A stretch of 64,000 nt of DNA, taken from the NCBI GenBank assembly GCA_963815215.1, contig CAWFFU010000008.1, forward strand, positions 96,001-160,000, given 5' to 3'. The translations under genes and the position numbers were made by a program. The notes beneath the pieces are model-generated. The model was not told the origin of the DNA. It saw only the letters and a program-made list of their open reading frames with translations, and made no database searches. This DNA comes from an uncultured Trueperaceae bacterium. GTDB taxonomy: Bacteria; Deinococcota; Deinococci; Deinococcales; Trueperaceae. Below, piece by piece: positions 62,233 to 64,000 of this stretch (the stretch's first letter is position 1; every line of letters begins with the position of its first letter).

Positions 62233-63048
62233 ATGCCCAGCCCGGATCCCCGTACCCCGTTCCTGCACTCGGCCATCCGCGCCGCCCGCGACGCCGCGCG
62301 GATCCAACTCGCCCACCTCGGCAGCGATCTCGAGATCGATACCAAGTCGAGCGACGTCGACATCGTCACGCAGGTCGACCGCTTGTGCGAGGCACGCATC
62401 CGCGAGGTCCTGCTCAGCGACTACCCTGATCACAGCGTGCTCGGCGAGGAGACAGGCGCGGCGCGGGGCCGCGCCGAAGGCGTCCGCTACCGTTGGATCG
62501 TCGATCCGCTCGACGGCACGGTCAACTACGCCCACGGCTTCCCGTTCTTCTGCGTCTCGATCGCCCTGGAGATCGACGGGCGGGTCGAGGTGGGGGTGGT
62601 GCTCGACGGCTGGGGGGACGAGCTGTTCACCGCCGTGGCGGGCGAAGGCGCCTCCCTCAATGGCAGCCCTATGCACGTGAGCACCGAGACCACTCCCAAG
62701 CGCGCGCTCCTGGGCACCGGCTTCGCCTACGTCGACGACACCATCCACCGGAACCTGGAGGTGTTCGCGCGGATGCTGCCGCAGGTCCAGTCGATCCGCC
62801 GGCCGGGCGCCGCCGCTCTCGACCTGTGCTCGGTGGCCGCCGGGCGGCTGGACGGCTTCTGGGAGATCGGCCTGAATCCCTGGGACGTCGCGGCCGGCAA
62901 CCTCATCGTGCAGGAGGCGGGAGGCACCGTCACCGCCGCCGACGGGAGCCCCTACCGGCTCGGCGAGCCCACCTTGGTGGCGAGCAACGGGCACCTTCAC
63001 GGCAAGCTGCTCTCCATGCTGGATCTCGGCTCGCCCGTGGCGGGGTGA
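62233..63048 (+). CDS. suhB: Inositol monophosphatase family protein
   Basis: DIVT, GEE, WIVDPLDGTVNY, GAAALDL, WDVAAG and EAGG. Confidence 0.93.
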   Translation: MPSPDPRTPFLHSAIRAARDAARIQLAHLGSDLEIDTKSSDVDIVTQVDRLCEARIREVLLSDYPDHSVLGEETGAARGRAEGVRYRWIVDPLDGTVNYAHGFPFFCVSIALEIDGRVEVGVVLDGWGDELFTAVAGEGASLNGSPMHVSTETTPKRALLGTGFAYVDDTIHRNLEVFARMLPQVQSIRRPGAAALDLCSVAAGRLDGFWEIGLNPWDVAAGNLIVQEAGGTVTAADGSPYRLGEPTLVASNGHLHGKLLSMLDLGSPVAG

Positions 63049-63290
63049 CGGCCGCCGGCACGGCGCCCTCCGCGGACCGGCGCGAGGCCCTGAGCACGCT
63101 GTTCGAGCGCGCCGCCGGGCGCCGCGGCCGCGTGCGGCTGGTCTACGGCAGCGTTCCCTATGTGGTGGAGGTGCTGGCCTTCGACGGTCAGCTGATCACC
63201 GGTGCCGACCCGCAGCGCGGCGCGCTCCGCTTCCGGCTCGCTCGCGTCAGCGAAGCGACCGAACTGCCGACCAGCGATCCCCTGTTCTAG
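63045..63290 (+). CDS. 81-aa hypothetical protein, WYL-like domain
   Basis: GTGA overlap with the suhB stop. RVRLVY...VEV....ITGADPQRGALRFRLARV pattern. Confidence 0.62.
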   Translation: MTAAGTAPSADRREALSTLFERAAGRRGRVRLVYGSVPYVVEVLAFDGQLITGADPQRGALRFRLARVSEATELPTSDPLF

Positions 63291-63305
63291 CGCACACGCC
63301 GTCCG

Positions 63306-64000
63306 CTACGCCTGGCCGCGCGCGTCCTCGAAGAGCTCCGTGCTCACGTAACGGGCGGCCGTGTCGGCGGCGAGAGTGAGCACCACTTTCCCCGGCCCCA
63401 GCTCGCGCGCCACCTGCAGCGCAGCGGTGACGGCCGCTCCCGAGGACATGCCCACGAACACGCCCTCCTCGCGCGCCAGCCTGCGCGCCAGCGGGAAGGC
63501 GTCCTCCTCGTAGATCATCTTGCACTCGTCGAGCAGCGCCAGGTCCAGGTTCTTGGGCAAGAATCCAGGCCCCATCCCCTGGAACTTGTGCTGACCACGT
63601 TCGAAGCCGTTGATGACGGCGCTCCGGGCCGGTTCGACGCCCACCAGCCTCAGGCTCGGCTTCTGCTCCTTGAAGTAGCGGCCGATGCCGGAGATCGACC
63701 CACCGGTGCCGCTGCCCCACACGAAGGCGTCGATACGCCCCTGCATCTGGCGCCACAGTTCGGGCCCCGTCACCCGGTAGTGCACGCGCGGGTTGGCGGG
63801 GTTCTCGAACTGGTTGGGCATGTACGCGCCCGTCTCCTCCACGATCGCCTTCGCGCGCGGGATGGCCCCCTGCATGCGCAGCTCGCCCGGCGTGAACTCG
63901 AGCTCGGCGCCGTAGGCGCGCAGCGTCTTGACCCGTTCCTGGCTCATGTTGTCGGGGAGCACGATGATGCACCGATACCCGCGCACCGCTGCGAGGAAGG
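63306..64000 (-). CDS. cysK: Cysteine synthase (partial; 5' end outside the window)
   Basis: MSQER, YGAEL, NQFENPAN, TGPE, GTGG, HKFQGMG, GMSSGA and DTAARY. Confidence 0.92.
   Translation of the reverse strand, partial: FLAAVRGYRCIIVLPDNMSQERVKTLRAYGAELEFTPGELRMQGAIPRAKAIVEETGAYMPNQFENPANPRVHYRVTGPELWRQMQGRIDAFVWGSGTGGSISGIGRYFKEQKPSLRLVGVEPARSAVINGFERGQHKFQGMGPGFLPKNLDLALLDECKMIYEEDAFPLARRLAREEGVFVGMSSGAAVTAALQVARELGPGKVVLTLAADTAARYVSTELFEDARGQA

Overview
This is a very GC-rich, gene-dense chromosomal segment with about 64 protein-coding genes, mostly housekeeping. I infer a Deinococcota (Trueperaceae-like) origin from three things: many apparently leaderless genes with TANNNT 5-9 nt before the start codon, a DR2231-like MazG protein, and a Thermus-type Hsp33 C-terminal extension. 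Recognisable genes include plsY, bshB1, hslO, coaD, meaB, xylB, holA, comEC/comEA, sodA, bdbD/bdbC-like, aroE, ltaE, trmFO, htpG, lnt, trkA/trkH, acsA, ispF, sufCBD plus a Rieske ferredoxin, uvrA, plsC, hup, sdaAB/sdaAA, ndh, suhB and a partial cysK. There are also two c-di-GMP proteins and two Hanks-type kinases. I saw no rRNA, tRNA, CRISPR array, transposase, integrase or defence island, and no single clear novel multi-gene system. The best leads are: (i) a structured, terminator-bounded candidate sRNA carrying an anti-Shine-Dalgarno tract at about 25650-25810; (ii) a MalT/LuxR STAND regulator lacking its sensor domain, followed by phased CTCACCC boxes and two DUF4342-type genes; (iii) an 81-aa stand-alone WYL-like protein coupled to suhB; (iv) an atypical kinase inserted between comEC and holA; (v) an htpG leader with a perfect 40-bp palindrome and tandem repeats; (vi) a membrane protein with an unannotated 102-aa repeat. 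All family calls are by-eye motif recognition, not database searches. Several start codons were re-assigned from the ORF track.
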